A stretch of 64,000 nt of DNA from an uncultured Gammaproteobacteria bacterium (GCA_964474445.1 CAYYSJ010000003.1:17597-81596); one strand, 5' to 3'; shown: positions 9,072 through 19,029, counted from the first letter of the stretch. Translations and numbers: made by a program. The notes: generated by a model from the letters alone, not told the origin.

Positions 9072-9398
9072 ATGCTACGGTTAATGTTGCAAAGACTTAA
9101 AAGTTTATTAGCTAAAGTAATGAGAGAAAGAAATGCATGTCAGCAGGGGGAACACGAATACTACTGCGCCCAAAGAAAAGGTCAAGTAGGAGAGGTTATC
9201 CTCTATACGAGGAGATTATCTAAAGACGATGCCGCAAGGGTAATCTCACAACCGGAACTTGCTCAACAAGTGTGTCCAGATGGAGAAGTTATTTGTAGAC
9301 GTTGTCATGAAGGACTTGGTTCCACTACACAACCTTCAGTAAAAACTCTTTTACAGGGGAAAATTCATCCACGTAATCATTTTTCCACTGGGCAATAG
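9072..9398 (+). CDS. Hypothetical small Cys-rich protein (C..C / C....C..CH), possible zinc ribbon
   Basis: The supplied ORF starts at 8982 but overlaps the divergent gene's start. Internal ATGs at 9072 and 9120 are more plausible starts. Four Cys and a His cluster are present. Confidence 0.35.
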   Translation: MLRLMLQRLKSLLAKVMRERNACQQGEHEYYCAQRKGQVGEVILYTRRLSKDDAARVISQPELAQQVCPDGEVICRRCHEGLGSTTQPSVKTLLQGKIHPRNHFSTGQ

Positions 9399-9508
9399 GG
9401 TTTGAAAATTCTAGAAACTTGTAATTTATATTCATTTTGCTATTATAGATAAAGTTTTTCTATAGATCCTGGACACACTTTTGTTTACCAGGGATAATAA
9501 TTTTCACT

Positions 9509-10624
9509 ATGTTACTCACTATTATTACCTTTATTCTTGTTTTATCTGTTTTAGTGCTTATTCATGAATTAGGCCATTACCTAACTGCCAAGAAACTTGG
9601 AGTCAAAGTAGAAGAATTTGGATTTGGTTTTCCACCACGGGTATGGGGAAAAAAGATTGGTGAAACAATCTACTCTATCAATTTACTTCCCATTGGTGGA
9701 TTTGTGAAGTTATATGGGGAAGATGAAGCAGGAGGAGGGAAAGTAGGGACATTAGATGAGAAGGCGTTTAAAGGTAAAGATAGACAACGTGCCTTTTTTG
9801 CCCGATCTGTGTGGCAGAGAGCACTCATTGTGTTTGCCGGTGTTTTTATGAACTTTCTTCTGGCAACCGTGATTCTCTCGTATTTGGTTGCAGTACAAGG
9901 AGTTCCTCAACAAGGCAAAGATGTTGTGATAGCAGCTATTGCAAAAAATTCTCCAGCAGAAAAAGCAGGACTCAAAGCAGGAGATATCCTGATAGGCCTT
10001 GATGGACAAAATGTTACCAATGCAGAACAGGTTATTTCGTATACAAAAAAACATCTCGGACAGGAAGTTACCTTACAGCTTAAAACTTCTGACTCATCAC
10101 TCAAAACGGTGAAAGTGACACCACGAGTCCATTACCCAGCAGGTGAAGGGGCAATGGGAGTAGCAATTGGATCTAATGTTACCGTGAAGAAGTATCCTTG
10201 GTATCAAGTTCCTTGGGTAGGACTGAAAGAAGCAGTTGTACAAACAGGTGCCATTCTTCAGGGACTTGGACAGTTATTGGTTCAATTAACAGTAAATAGA
10301 CAAATACCACAAGGGTTGGCAGGTCCTGTTGGTATTGCTCAATTGACTGGGCAATTTGTTCAGATAGGATTTAATGCAGTACTTGGGCTTGTTGCGCTGC
10401 TATCTTTGAATTTAGCAATTTTGAATGTATTACCAATACCAGCTCTTGATGGTGGGAGACTTTTCTTTATTCTTCTTGAAGGAGTTATAGGGAAGAAAGT
10501 AAGTCCAAAAGTAGAAGGATATGCTCATGCTGTGGGTATGGCATTCTTATTTGCCCTTATTCTGTTTATTACTTTTCACGATCTTACCAGGATCTTTAGT
10601 GGACAAAGTCTCTTACCAAAGTGA
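9509..10624 (+). CDS. rseP: RIP (site-2) zinc metalloprotease RseP, M50 family, with a PDZ domain
   Basis: HELGH motif in the N-terminal transmembrane helix, a PDZ signature (AEKAGLKAGDILIGLDG) and C-terminal transmembrane segments. Confidence 0.9.
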   Translation: MLLTIITFILVLSVLVLIHELGHYLTAKKLGVKVEEFGFGFPPRVWGKKIGETIYSINLLPIGGFVKLYGEDEAGGGKVGTLDEKAFKGKDRQRAFFARSVWQRALIVFAGVFMNFLLATVILSYLVAVQGVPQQGKDVVIAAIAKNSPAEKAGLKAGDILIGLDGQNVTNAEQVISYTKKHLGQEVTLQLKTSDSSLKTVKVTPRVHYPAGEGAMGVAIGSNVTVKKYPWYQVPWVGLKEAVVQTGAILQGLGQLLVQLTVNRQIPQGLAGPVGIAQLTGQFVQIGFNAVLGLVALLSLNLAILNVLPIPALDGGRLFFILLEGVIGKKVSPKVEGYAHAVGMAFLFALILFITFHDLTRIFSGQSLLPK

Positions 10625-10653
10625 GGGATGGTCAGGGGTTGTTTAGTTGAAAT

Positions 10654-11247
10654 CTACTGTATTATCACAAAATAATCTTCAGGAAGAGCAAAAGAGGTGA
10701 GATGCTCTTTATATATTTCTAATTCCTCTAGTTGTGGCTCATGTTCAAGAGTGTAGTGACAAAAGATTTTTATAGGAAGAATCCCTAAACCTTCTTCAAC
10801 TTGTTGTCTGTGATTTGAATAATAATACTTTGAGAGAACATTTGCTCCAGCAGACGTTCCGACTATTGTTTTATTAGTAAGATGTTCAGTGAGGACAGAA
10901 AGAGGAATAGTCTTGAGTAACTTTAAAATATTTTGCGTGTTCCCCCCTGCTAGAAAAATAATGTCTGCGGTATGGGTTTGATCTAAAAATTTTTCGGGGT
11001 TTTCATCTGCTAACAAAAAGGTTATTTGTTTGTTGGGGTATGCTTGAGAAAACTCTTCTTTTTTCTCTGCAAATGCTTTTTCCCACTGTTCTTTTTCTTT
11101 TGCAAATGGGACATACAAAAACATAAGTTTTTTTTCAGGTAAATCATGGATAATTTCTTCAAAGAAATCTTTTGTATAGTCTGAGCCAGGTTTACGGCCT
11201 CCATGAAGAATATATTTTGTTGACATGATCTCTATTATATCATTCAC
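10654..11247 (-). CDS. Peptidase S51 family (dipeptidase E-like / cyanophycinase-like)
   Basis: Carries the GTSAGA nucleophile-elbow motif typical of PepE/S51 and is ~200 aa. Confidence 0.55.
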   Translation of the reverse strand: MNDIIEIMSTKYILHGGRKPGSDYTKDFFEEIIHDLPEKKLMFLYVPFAKEKEQWEKAFAEKKEEFSQAYPNKQITFLLADENPEKFLDQTHTADIIFLAGGNTQNILKLLKTIPLSVLTEHLTNKTIVGTSAGANVLSKYYYSNHRQQVEEGLGILPIKIFCHYTLEHEPQLEELEIYKEHLTSFALPEDYFVIIQ

Positions 11248-11337
11248 CGAAAAAGTTATTCCACCAGACTATTTGATTTTCTGATATACTAATTTTCCTA
11301 ACACTCTGATAGTCTGAGGGTATTAGACAGCAACATT

Positions 11338-12036
11338 ATGCAAATTATCGTTGTCCAAAATCCAGAAAAAGGAACAGAAAAAGCAAAAGAAATTTTGTAT
11401 GAAAAAGTAGATAAACGTACCGTACTGTTTCTCTCAGGAGGAAATACTCCTCAACCGCTTTACCACCTATTGGCAAAAGAAAAAATAATTAAGCCAGTTG
11501 CGGTTGGTATGATTGATGAAAGATATGGAAAGCACATGCATGAGAGTAGTAATGAGAGAATGATACGAGAGGCAGGTTTTCTTGACTATTTAAAAAAACA
11601 TGCTATTCCTTTTTATCCAATGTTACGAGATGGTCTTAGTCTTGAGGAGACAGCAAGAGAATATGATCAGGTAACAAGAGATTTATTTTTTAAATTCCCG
11701 CGAAGTATCGCAGTGATGGGACTTGGAAAAGATGGACATACAGCAAGCATTATTCCAAATAGAAAAGGCTTTACCAATCCGATGTTTGAAGAAGGAAGAC
11801 AACATCAATTTGTCGGAGAATTGAATGATCAAAAAAGTGATTATAAAGAGCGAGTCGGGATGACGTTTGCAGGACTTGCCTTGATAGATTATTTTATTGT
11901 TCTTGCGTTTGGGAAAGAAAAGAAAAAAGCACTCAAAGAAATGTTTTCTGGTGGATATCCAGAAGAACTTCCTGCACGATTTTTCCCGCAAGAAGCTTCT
12001 GAGAAAACGGTAGTGATTACTGATCAAAAGATGTAG
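11338..12036 (+). CDS. pgl: 6-phosphogluconolactonase
   Basis: Carries the GLGKDGHTASIIP motif of the NagB/Pgl family and lies adjacent to zwf. Confidence 0.8.
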   Translation: MQIIVVQNPEKGTEKAKEILYEKVDKRTVLFLSGGNTPQPLYHLLAKEKIIKPVAVGMIDERYGKHMHESSNERMIREAGFLDYLKKHAIPFYPMLRDGLSLEETAREYDQVTRDLFFKFPRSIAVMGLGKDGHTASIIPNRKGFTNPMFEEGRQHQFVGELNDQKSDYKERVGMTFAGLALIDYFIVLAFGKEKKKALKEMFSGGYPEELPARFFPQEASEKTVVITDQKM

Positions 12037-12090
12037 GGAAGAAAAGTAATCTTTTGTACCTCCTCTTACGCTCTTTATCTCTCCCGGTTA

Positions 12091-13539
12091 GTGCACTATA
12101 ATATATCCATGAATTCTCCCTTTGTCCTTGTTCTCTTTGGTGCAACAGGAGACTTGGCAAAAAATAAACTACTTCCTGCATTATTTACCCTTTTTAAGAA
12201 GAAGGAATTACCAAAAGATTTTTGGATCGTAGGATTTGCAAGACGCCCTTTAACTGATGAAGATTTTGTTGCCTTTTTCCCTGAGGAATCTACTCATCCA
12301 GAGTGGAAAAATTTTGCACAACATCTTTCATACCAGCAAGGAAATTTTGATGAATTGTGGGGGTATGAAGCACTCGTTGAAAAACTCCAGAAACTAGATG
12401 AGCAAATGGGTGCTTGTATCACTCGAATTTTTTATTTAGCGACTCCTCCTCAAAATTACGATACTATTTTGGCTAATCTTGTTGGGACGAAATTATCAGA
12501 AGGATGTGGGCAGGGGAGTACCAAATGGACCCGTATTGCTATAGAAAAACCATTTGGTAAAGATTTGGATACTGCACGGGAGCTTGATCAAAAACTCTCA
12601 CACATTTTTGAAGAACGACAGATTTTCCGAGTAGACCATTATTTAGGAAAAGAAGCAGTGCAGAATTTACTTGTGTTTAGATTTGCAAATGGGATCTTTG
12701 ATCCCATTTGGAATCATGAATACATTGACCATGTACAAATTACTCTGTCTGAGAAAAAAGGAATTGGTGCAAGGGGAAAGTTTTTTGATGGGGTAGGGAC
12801 CTTGAGGGATGTTGGACAAAATCATTTAATGCAACTGGTAGCGGCCGTTGCTCAGGAAATGCCACAAAGTTTTTCTGAAGAGGGGGTAAGAAATGTACGG
12901 GCAAAGGCAATTGCGGCAATTGAATGCATAGAGGCACAACACGTAGGAGAACGAGTTGTGAGGGGACAATATGAAGGATATCTTTCGGAAAAAGACGTTG
13001 CACATGATTCTAAGACAGAAACATTTATTGCTATGAAATTTTTTGTGAATACTCCTCGTTTTGCTGGAGTTCCTTTCTATCTACGAGCAGGAAAAGAGAT
13101 GGCTGAGGATGTTGTGCAAATATCGATTGTCTTTAAACAGACATGTCATATTCTTTTTAAAGAAGTTGGATGTCCTGAAGAAGGTAATATATTAACAATT
13201 CGAATTCAGCCAGACGAAGGGATAACACTCAAGATGATTGCAAAGACACCAGGGTCTCTCCTTTCTTTGATACCTGTGGACATGCATTTTAAATATTCAG
13301 AACAATTTGGTTCGCAAGGGTCAGACGCCTATGAAAAAGTATTGGGAGATATTATTAAAGGCGATCAGATGTTATTTAATCGTTCTGATGAACTTGATTC
13401 TTCGTGGACATTTATTGAAAAAATTATGCAAGGATGGGAAAACGAATATACCCCTGTCTTTGAATATAAAAAAGGCAGTTGGGGGCCAAAGGCTGCAGAT
13501 GAATTACTAGAAAAAGACGGCAAAAAGTGGATAGAGTAA
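12091..13539 (+). CDS. zwf: Glucose-6-phosphate 1-dehydrogenase
   Basis: Carries GATGDLA and RVDHYLGKE motifs and matches G6PDH over its full length. Confidence 0.95.
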   Translation: MHYNISMNSPFVLVLFGATGDLAKNKLLPALFTLFKKKELPKDFWIVGFARRPLTDEDFVAFFPEESTHPEWKNFAQHLSYQQGNFDELWGYEALVEKLQKLDEQMGACITRIFYLATPPQNYDTILANLVGTKLSEGCGQGSTKWTRIAIEKPFGKDLDTARELDQKLSHIFEERQIFRVDHYLGKEAVQNLLVFRFANGIFDPIWNHEYIDHVQITLSEKKGIGARGKFFDGVGTLRDVGQNHLMQLVAAVAQEMPQSFSEEGVRNVRAKAIAAIECIEAQHVGERVVRGQYEGYLSEKDVAHDSKTETFIAMKFFVNTPRFAGVPFYLRAGKEMAEDVVQISIVFKQTCHILFKEVGCPEEGNILTIRIQPDEGITLKMIAKTPGSLLSLIPVDMHFKYSEQFGSQGSDAYEKVLGDIIKGDQMLFNRSDELDSSWTFIEKIMQGWENEYTPVFEYKKGSWGPKAADELLEKDGKKWIE

Positions 13540-13548
13540 TTTGTTCTA

Positions 13549-13713
13549 TTGACAACATCCACACAACCGACGTATAGTGAAAAAGAAATGGAGAGACAAA
13601 CCTATGAACAGTAGAGTAGACGTTTACAATAACTATTCACCATCAACAACTTCCTGATGTAGCTGGGAGTTTTGTTGTGTGATATGTACACCTCCCAGCA
13701 GGGAGGTTTTTTT
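13549..13713 (+). promoter_or_regulatory. Promoter (TTGACA-18-TATAGT), a 17-codon leader ORF (13604-13657, MNSRVDVYNNYSPSTTS) and mutually exclusive hairpins ending in an intrinsic terminator (CCUCCC-agca-GGGAGG-U7), upstream of serB
   Basis: All elements read directly. GCUGGGAG (13662-13669) can pair with CUCCCAGC (13692-13699), which competes with the terminator stem 13691-13706. The leader peptide ends in Ser/Thr codons 2 nt before the first stem. There is also a very short frame-shifted ORF, MERQTYEQ, at 13588-13614. Confidence 0.45.
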
Positions 13714-13747
13714 GTGGCACAGTATGCCACAAAGATAAAGGAAAACT

Positions 13748-14428
13748 ATGAATGATACAGTATTACAAATGAACAATATTACATTACTCATCGATTTTGA
13801 TAGTACATTTGTATCAGTTGAATCGCTCGATGTGTTGGCAGAAATTGTTTTGCAAAAAAGAAGTGATAAAGAGGAGGTTCTTTGTACCATTCAAGAAATT
13901 ACTGCTTTGGGTATGGAAGGAAAAATTTCTTTTCCTGAATCTTTATCAAAAAGAATGAAACTGTTTCGTCCAACACAAAACGATGTTGCGGAGTTGGTTA
14001 AGATATTACATGGACATATTACTCCCTCTGTGAAAAAGTACAAAGCGTTTTTCAAAAGACACAAAAACTCAGTATATATTCTTTCCAGCGGATTTCGTGA
14101 TTATATGATTCCCGTTGTCTCAGAGTTTGGAATTCCTGAGGATCATGTTTTTGGAAATCAATTCGTATTTGATACTCAAGGAGAATTCCTAGGATTTGAT
14201 GCACATAATGTGTTGGCAGGGGAAAAAGGAAAGGTAAAGAAAATCAAAGAACAAGAACTTCAAGGGCTTTTATACATGATAGGAGATGGGCATACTGATT
14301 GGGAAGTAAAAGAAGCAGGTCTTGTAGAGAAGTTTTTTGCGTTCACAGAGAATGTGACAAGAGAATCAGTTGTGAAAAAAGCAGATGTTATTGCTGCATC
14401 CTTTGAGGAGGTATTGAAGTATTTATGA
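13748..14428 (+). CDS. serB: Phosphoserine phosphatase (HAD superfamily)
   Basis: HAD motif I (LIDFDSTFV), a GDGHTD motif, and its stop overlaps the start of serC. Confidence 0.75.
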   Translation: MNDTVLQMNNITLLIDFDSTFVSVESLDVLAEIVLQKRSDKEEVLCTIQEITALGMEGKISFPESLSKRMKLFRPTQNDVAELVKILHGHITPSVKKYKAFFKRHKNSVYILSSGFRDYMIPVVSEFGIPEDHVFGNQFVFDTQGEFLGFDAHNVLAGEKGKVKKIKEQELQGLLYMIGDGHTDWEVKEAGLVEKFFAFTENVTRESVVKKADVIAASFEEVLKYL

Positions 14429-15513
14429 AACAAATATTTTTCACACCAGGACCATCACAGCTATACCCAACAGTTGGGAAGCATTTGCAAAAAGCAGTGG
14501 AGCAACAAATTTGTTCGTTGTCTCATCGGTCCGAGCAATTTGAAGAAGTTTTTTCATCAACAATAAAAGGACTCAGAACATTGTTGAACATACCAGAGAA
14601 CTATGCTGTTGTATTTGTTTCATCTGGTACAGAAGCAATGGAGCGAATTATTCAAAACACAGTGAAGAAAAAAAGTTTTCATTTTGTGAATGGATCTTTT
14701 TCAAAAAGGTGGTGTGGTTTTGCAAAAGAATTAGGAAAGGATGCAGAAAAAGAGGAAGTTGATTTTGGCAGAGGGTTTACTACTAATGTGAAAATTTCAG
14801 ACGAAACAGAACTTATTTGTTTCACGCAAAATGAGACAAGTAGCGGTGTTGCAATAAACCCAGCATTCATCTATGACGCTCAACAAAAGCACTCTGATGT
14901 GCTGATTGCTGTTGATATTGTCTCTTCAGCGCCTATTGTCTCTCTCGATTTTTCTAGGTTAGACTGCACCTTTTTCTCTGTGCAAAAAAATTTTGGGCTA
15001 CCTTCAGGTCTTGGTGCCCTTATTCTTTCACCAAGAGCAATTGAAAAAGCAAAGTATTTGCAAAAAGAGGGGTTAAGGATTGGTACCTATCACAATTTTC
15101 CAACTCTGGTTGAGTGGGCTCAAAAAAAACAAACACCTGAAACTCCCAATGTCTTAGCTATTTATCTATTGAATGAAGTTATAAAAGATTTTCTGAAAAA
15201 AGGAATAGAGAACATTCGAAAAGAGACAAAAGAAAAATCAGACATGGTCTATCAATTTCTTCAACAACACAAAACATACAAACCTTTTGTTGAAGAAGCA
15301 TTTCGATCACAAACAGTTATTGTTACAGATGTAGGGGACAGTTTGTTTCTTCAAATGAAGTTGCAGCAAAGGGGTCTTATTGTTGGAGATGGCTATGGAC
15401 CATATAAGGACAGGCAAATACGAATCGCAAACTTTCCGGCAGTGAGTATGGGAGATATGAAAAGATTGTTAGAAGCATTGGATACAATATCCAAGACACA
15501 TGTTAGAACGTAA
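14425..15513 (+). CDS. serC: Phosphoserine aminotransferase
   Basis: FFTPGP N-terminus and a class-V aminotransferase pattern. It sits in an operon with serB. Confidence 0.8.
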   Translation: MKQIFFTPGPSQLYPTVGKHLQKAVEQQICSLSHRSEQFEEVFSSTIKGLRTLLNIPENYAVVFVSSGTEAMERIIQNTVKKKSFHFVNGSFSKRWCGFAKELGKDAEKEEVDFGRGFTTNVKISDETELICFTQNETSSGVAINPAFIYDAQQKHSDVLIAVDIVSSAPIVSLDFSRLDCTFFSVQKNFGLPSGLGALILSPRAIEKAKYLQKEGLRIGTYHNFPTLVEWAQKKQTPETPNVLAIYLLNEVIKDFLKKGIENIRKETKEKSDMVYQFLQQHKTYKPFVEEAFRSQTVIVTDVGDSLFLQMKLQQRGLIVGDGYGPYKDRQIRIANFPAVSMGDMKRLLEALDTISKTHVRT

Positions 15514-16918
15514 AAATTATATGAATACATACATTATTAATCAATTGAAAAGTATTGTTGGCATTAAATATATTTCTGTTGAGGAGGAACAGAGAAAAGC
15601 TCATTCTAAAGATAAGTCGTATTATCAAGCTGTTCTACCAGATATTGTTGTCTGGCCGAAAAATACGCAGGAAGTAAGTAGGATAGTTCGTTTAGCACAT
15701 GAACATACTATTCCAGTAACTGCATGGGGTGGAGGAACATCTTTGATGGGTAATAGCATTCCTGTTAAAAAGGGCATTGTTATGAATCTTACTCGAATGA
15801 ATAACATTCTTGATGTCAGTAAGGATGGATTTCAGGTAACGGTTGAACCAGGAATTATCTGTGACGAGTTAAATGCGCAGCTAAAAGTACACAAATTATT
15901 TTTTCCTCCATTTCCAGGAAGTTCTCACATTGCAACAATTGGTGGGATGATAGCAACAAATGCAGGGGGTATGTATGCCGTAAAATACGGTGTGACAGCG
16001 GATTGGGTCATGCAACTTGAGGTAGTATTGGCAAATGGAGATATTGTGACAGTAGGGAGCAAATCAATAAAGTCAGTTGCAGGATATAATCTCCTTCGTC
16101 TTTTTATTGGCTCCTCAGGAACGCTGGGGATTGTGACAAAAGCAGTCCTGAAGGTATGTCCGTTACCTGAGTTTGAAATGGCAGCTGTTGTTGCTTTTCA
16201 ACATTTATCAGATTTGAGTAGTGCAATCGGTGCAGTGTTATCATCGCATATCAAACCAGCAGCACTTGAGTTAATGGATATGAGTTATGTAAAGCTTGCA
16301 AATTTGGCTCAAACAAAAATTCAATTAGCAGAGATGGAAACACTCTTGATAGAACTGCACGGACCAAAAGTTGAATTACAACGTCAACTCCTGCAACTTG
16401 AAAGTATTTGTCGTCAATATCATGCGATCACCTATGATACTTATACAACTCCTGCAGAGGTTGACGGTTTATGGGGATGTCGTAAGGGGGTTCGTCTTGC
16501 TTTTCAAAAACTATCTCCTGAGAAAGCAATCCTTTCTGCAGAAGTGGGTGTGCCACTTCAGTATGTACCTCACTTTATTAAGAATGCCAGAGATCTACAA
16601 ATGAAATATGATACACAAATGCTCAACCATGGACATGTGGGAGATGGAAATTTTCATACGTGGGTTGTCTATGACATGGACGATACGGTTTCTTATAAAA
16701 AAGCACATAAGATTCATGAGGAGTTAATTCGATTTGCGATAGGAGTTGGTGGAACTGCAACGGGTGAACATGGGCTTGGTATTGGAAAAAAAGACTATTT
16801 GCCACTAGAGCATCCAACATCTTTTATGCTAATGGAACAAGTAAAACAACTTTTTGATCCAAAGGGGATTCTGAATCCAGGAAAAATTTTCCCAGATGAA
16901 GCAATTGCAAAGACATAA
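15500..16918 (+). CDS. FAD-linked oxidase, GlcD/D-lactate/D-2-hydroxyglutarate dehydrogenase family
   Basis: PCMH-type FAD-binding domain (VVWPKNTQEVSRIVRLAHEHTIPVTAWGGGTS) and a C-terminal FAD-oxidase domain. Its start overlaps the serC stop. Confidence 0.75.
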   Translation: MLERKNYMNTYIINQLKSIVGIKYISVEEEQRKAHSKDKSYYQAVLPDIVVWPKNTQEVSRIVRLAHEHTIPVTAWGGGTSLMGNSIPVKKGIVMNLTRMNNILDVSKDGFQVTVEPGIICDELNAQLKVHKLFFPPFPGSSHIATIGGMIATNAGGMYAVKYGVTADWVMQLEVVLANGDIVTVGSKSIKSVAGYNLLRLFIGSSGTLGIVTKAVLKVCPLPEFEMAAVVAFQHLSDLSSAIGAVLSSHIKPAALELMDMSYVKLANLAQTKIQLAEMETLLIELHGPKVELQRQLLQLESICRQYHAITYDTYTTPAEVDGLWGCRKGVRLAFQKLSPEKAILSAEVGVPLQYVPHFIKNARDLQMKYDTQMLNHGHVGDGNFHTWVVYDMDDTVSYKKAHKIHEELIRFAIGVGGTATGEHGLGIGKKDYLPLEHPTSFMLMEQVKQLFDPKGILNPGKIFPDEAIAKT

Positions 16919-16939
16919 AAAATACGATACGATCCTGAT

Positions 16940-17362
16940 ATGAAAATCATGATAAGTGGCAGTATGGCATTTGCAAAGGAAATGTTTGCTGCAAAAGAAG
17001 TCCTTGAAAAAATGGGACATGAAGTGCAAATACCGCATACAATTGAGTTGAATATTGATGATGAAAAATTAACTGACGATTTGGACCAGAATTTTTTAAA
17101 CTGTATTGAAAATGACACGATGAGAAAATGTTTTCAGCAAGTCGCCGATTGTGATGCTGTGGTTGTGTTAAATTATCCAAAGAATAATATCAATGGTTAC
17201 ATTGGCACATCAACACTCATGGAAATGGGTATTGGTTATTTTATGCATAAAGAATTGTTTACTCTTTTTCCTTACCCAAGCGATAAAGAGGTGAGGTGGG
17301 CACACGAAGTACGTATTATGCAGCCTCACGTTCTTCACGGAGATTTATCAAAAGTTTCTTAG
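16940..17362 (+). CDS. Nucleoside 2-deoxyribosyltransferase-like protein (PF05014-type, possibly a 2'-deoxynucleoside 5'-phosphate N-hydrolase)
   Basis: MISGSM N-terminus, a CDAVVVLNY segment and GTSTLMEMGIGY, which are typical of this family. Confidence 0.55.
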   Translation: MKIMISGSMAFAKEMFAAKEVLEKMGHEVQIPHTIELNIDDEKLTDDLDQNFLNCIENDTMRKCFQQVADCDAVVVLNYPKNNINGYIGTSTLMEMGIGYFMHKELFTLFPYPSDKEVRWAHEVRIMQPHVLHGDLSKVS

Positions 17363-17422
17363 TGGTTGTCCTGTAAATAATGGTTATTGTAATTCTCGTT
17401 TAAATCTTGTAGTATTCCCTCC

Positions 17423-17974
17423 ATGTTCCAACATGAAACCCAAAAAGAGCCAGGTCATGCTATCGAGGGTTTAGAAACAACTCCTGTACAGATCAGAGCA
17501 GCACGACTGGAAGACGTAAAAGATGTCGCACGGCTTGCGCAAAAACTTGAAGAAGAATTGCGTAAAGGAGAAGCGAGGAGAAAATATACTACAAAAGAGC
17601 TGGAAAGAATTTATACAGAGAGGATTATAACACCTACAGAACCTGAGCTTGATAAAAAATTTGGCGTGTTTGTTGCAGAAGATCAAGAAAAAATTGTTGG
17701 ATTTGTTATGGGGAAAATAGAAATGAGAGACATTCCTCGAAAATTTAGCTTACTGCAAGGCATCTATGTTATTTCAGATTATAGGAGAACGGACGTTGCA
17801 GAGAATTTAGTTCATGAATTTGTTAGGTTTTCGCAAACTCATGGTATTTCTGAAATTCATGCTGAAGTAATTAGAGAAAGTGCAGGTGAACGTTTCTTTT
17901 CTTCTCGCTTGCATTGGACAGAACAACAGTCTGCAGATTTTCCTCCTCATAGACGGAGACTTGTTCGGTTCTAG
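17423..17974 (+). CDS. GNAT family N-acetyltransferase
   Basis: About 180 aa with a central GFVMG...Y segment and a GNAT-like layout. Weak recognition. Confidence 0.45.
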   Translation: MFQHETQKEPGHAIEGLETTPVQIRAARLEDVKDVARLAQKLEEELRKGEARRKYTTKELERIYTERIITPTEPELDKKFGVFVAEDQEKIVGFVMGKIEMRDIPRKFSLLQGIYVISDYRRTDVAENLVHEFVRFSQTHGISEIHAEVIRESAGERFFSSRLHWTEQQSADFPPHRRRLVRF

Positions 17975-18032
17975 TTCTCCTTAATTTTTTTGCTCTTGCA
18001 TTCTTTATCCAAAAACTGTACTTTCTATAGAT

Positions 18033-18983
18033 ATGAGAATTGGATTTTTGGGTCTTGGAAAAATGGGGAAGAGAATGGTTTGGAAGCTTCTTACTCAAAA
18101 ATATGATGTTGTTGTCTGGAACAGATCTTCTACCCCAATTGAAGAGTTAGTTGAGGAATACGAGGGGGCATCTTCTGTACAACGTAAAAAAATGGGACAA
18201 CTTTTTGTTGCATCAGATATTGCTGAGATGAAGACTCTTCTTCGCAAAACCCGTGTCTTTTGGTCAATGCTTCCTGCAGGTGATGCAACAGATGGTATTT
18301 TAGAACAGATTGCCGATATTGCAGAAGAAGGAGATATTGTTGTTGATGGAGGGAATAGTTATTTTAAAGATTCTCAAAAATGGTTTGATAGATTTAAAAA
18401 ATTGAATGTGAGATTTCTAGGAATTGGTGTTAGTGGAGGAGTTTTGGCAGCAGAAAATGGTTTTTCCCTTATGGTTGGTGGAGATGAAAGTGCTTTTGTC
18501 CATATTAAACCAGTTCTTAAAACATTTGCTTCTCCAAGTGGATCATTTGACTATTTTGGTACTGGCGGAGTAGGTCATTTTATTAAAATGGTTCACAATG
18601 GAATAGAATATGGCATGATGCAATCAATTGGTGAAGGATTTGGGGTGTTGGAGAAAGGACCATATAAACTTGATTTATCAAAAGTGGCAAAGGTATGGCA
18701 AAAAGGAACGATTATTTCATCGTTCCTTATTGATAGGGCATCAGATGCCTTGAAGAAAGATCATAATTTAGAAAATATTATTGGGGAAATTGATGCAACA
18801 GGAGAAGCAGCATGGACAATTGAGGCTGCAGAAAAAGAAGGTGTTCCAGTTCAGATAATTAAAGACTCACTGCATTTTAGACAAAAATCAAAGAGTGATA
18901 AGAAAGTTCAAAAATCATTTGCTGCAAAAATGGTCGCAGCTCTTCGCCATGAATTTGGTGGACATAAGGTAAAAGAAAAATAG
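18033..18983 (+). CDS. gnd: 6-phosphogluconate dehydrogenase, decarboxylating, short (YqeC/Gnd-like) form
   Basis: GFLGLGKMG Rossmann motif, VVDGGNSYF, and MVHNGIEYGMMQSIGEGF, which is the 6PGDH signature. Confidence 0.85.
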   Translation: MRIGFLGLGKMGKRMVWKLLTQKYDVVVWNRSSTPIEELVEEYEGASSVQRKKMGQLFVASDIAEMKTLLRKTRVFWSMLPAGDATDGILEQIADIAEEGDIVVDGGNSYFKDSQKWFDRFKKLNVRFLGIGVSGGVLAAENGFSLMVGGDESAFVHIKPVLKTFASPSGSFDYFGTGGVGHFIKMVHNGIEYGMMQSIGEGFGVLEKGPYKLDLSKVAKVWQKGTIISSFLIDRASDALKKDHNLENIIGEIDATGEAAWTIEAAEKEGVPVQIIKDSLHFRQKSKSDKKVQKSFAAKMVAALRHEFGGHKVKEK

Positions 18984-18999
18984 ATTAACGGAGGTTAAG

Positions 19000-19028
19000 T
19001 TGACAAGATAGAAGGTCACTGCTATACT
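19000..19028 (+). promoter_or_regulatory. Promoter TTGACA-17-TATACT driving the proS leader
   Basis: Hexamers and 17-nt spacing read directly. Confidence 0.5.
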
Positions 19029-19029
19029 T

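Noticed and set aside
13588-13614. Nine-codon ORF MERQTYEQ in the serB leader
   Set aside because: It overlaps the longer Ser/Thr-containing 17-codon leader ORF in another frame. The longer one is positioned correctly relative to the hairpins, so it is favoured.
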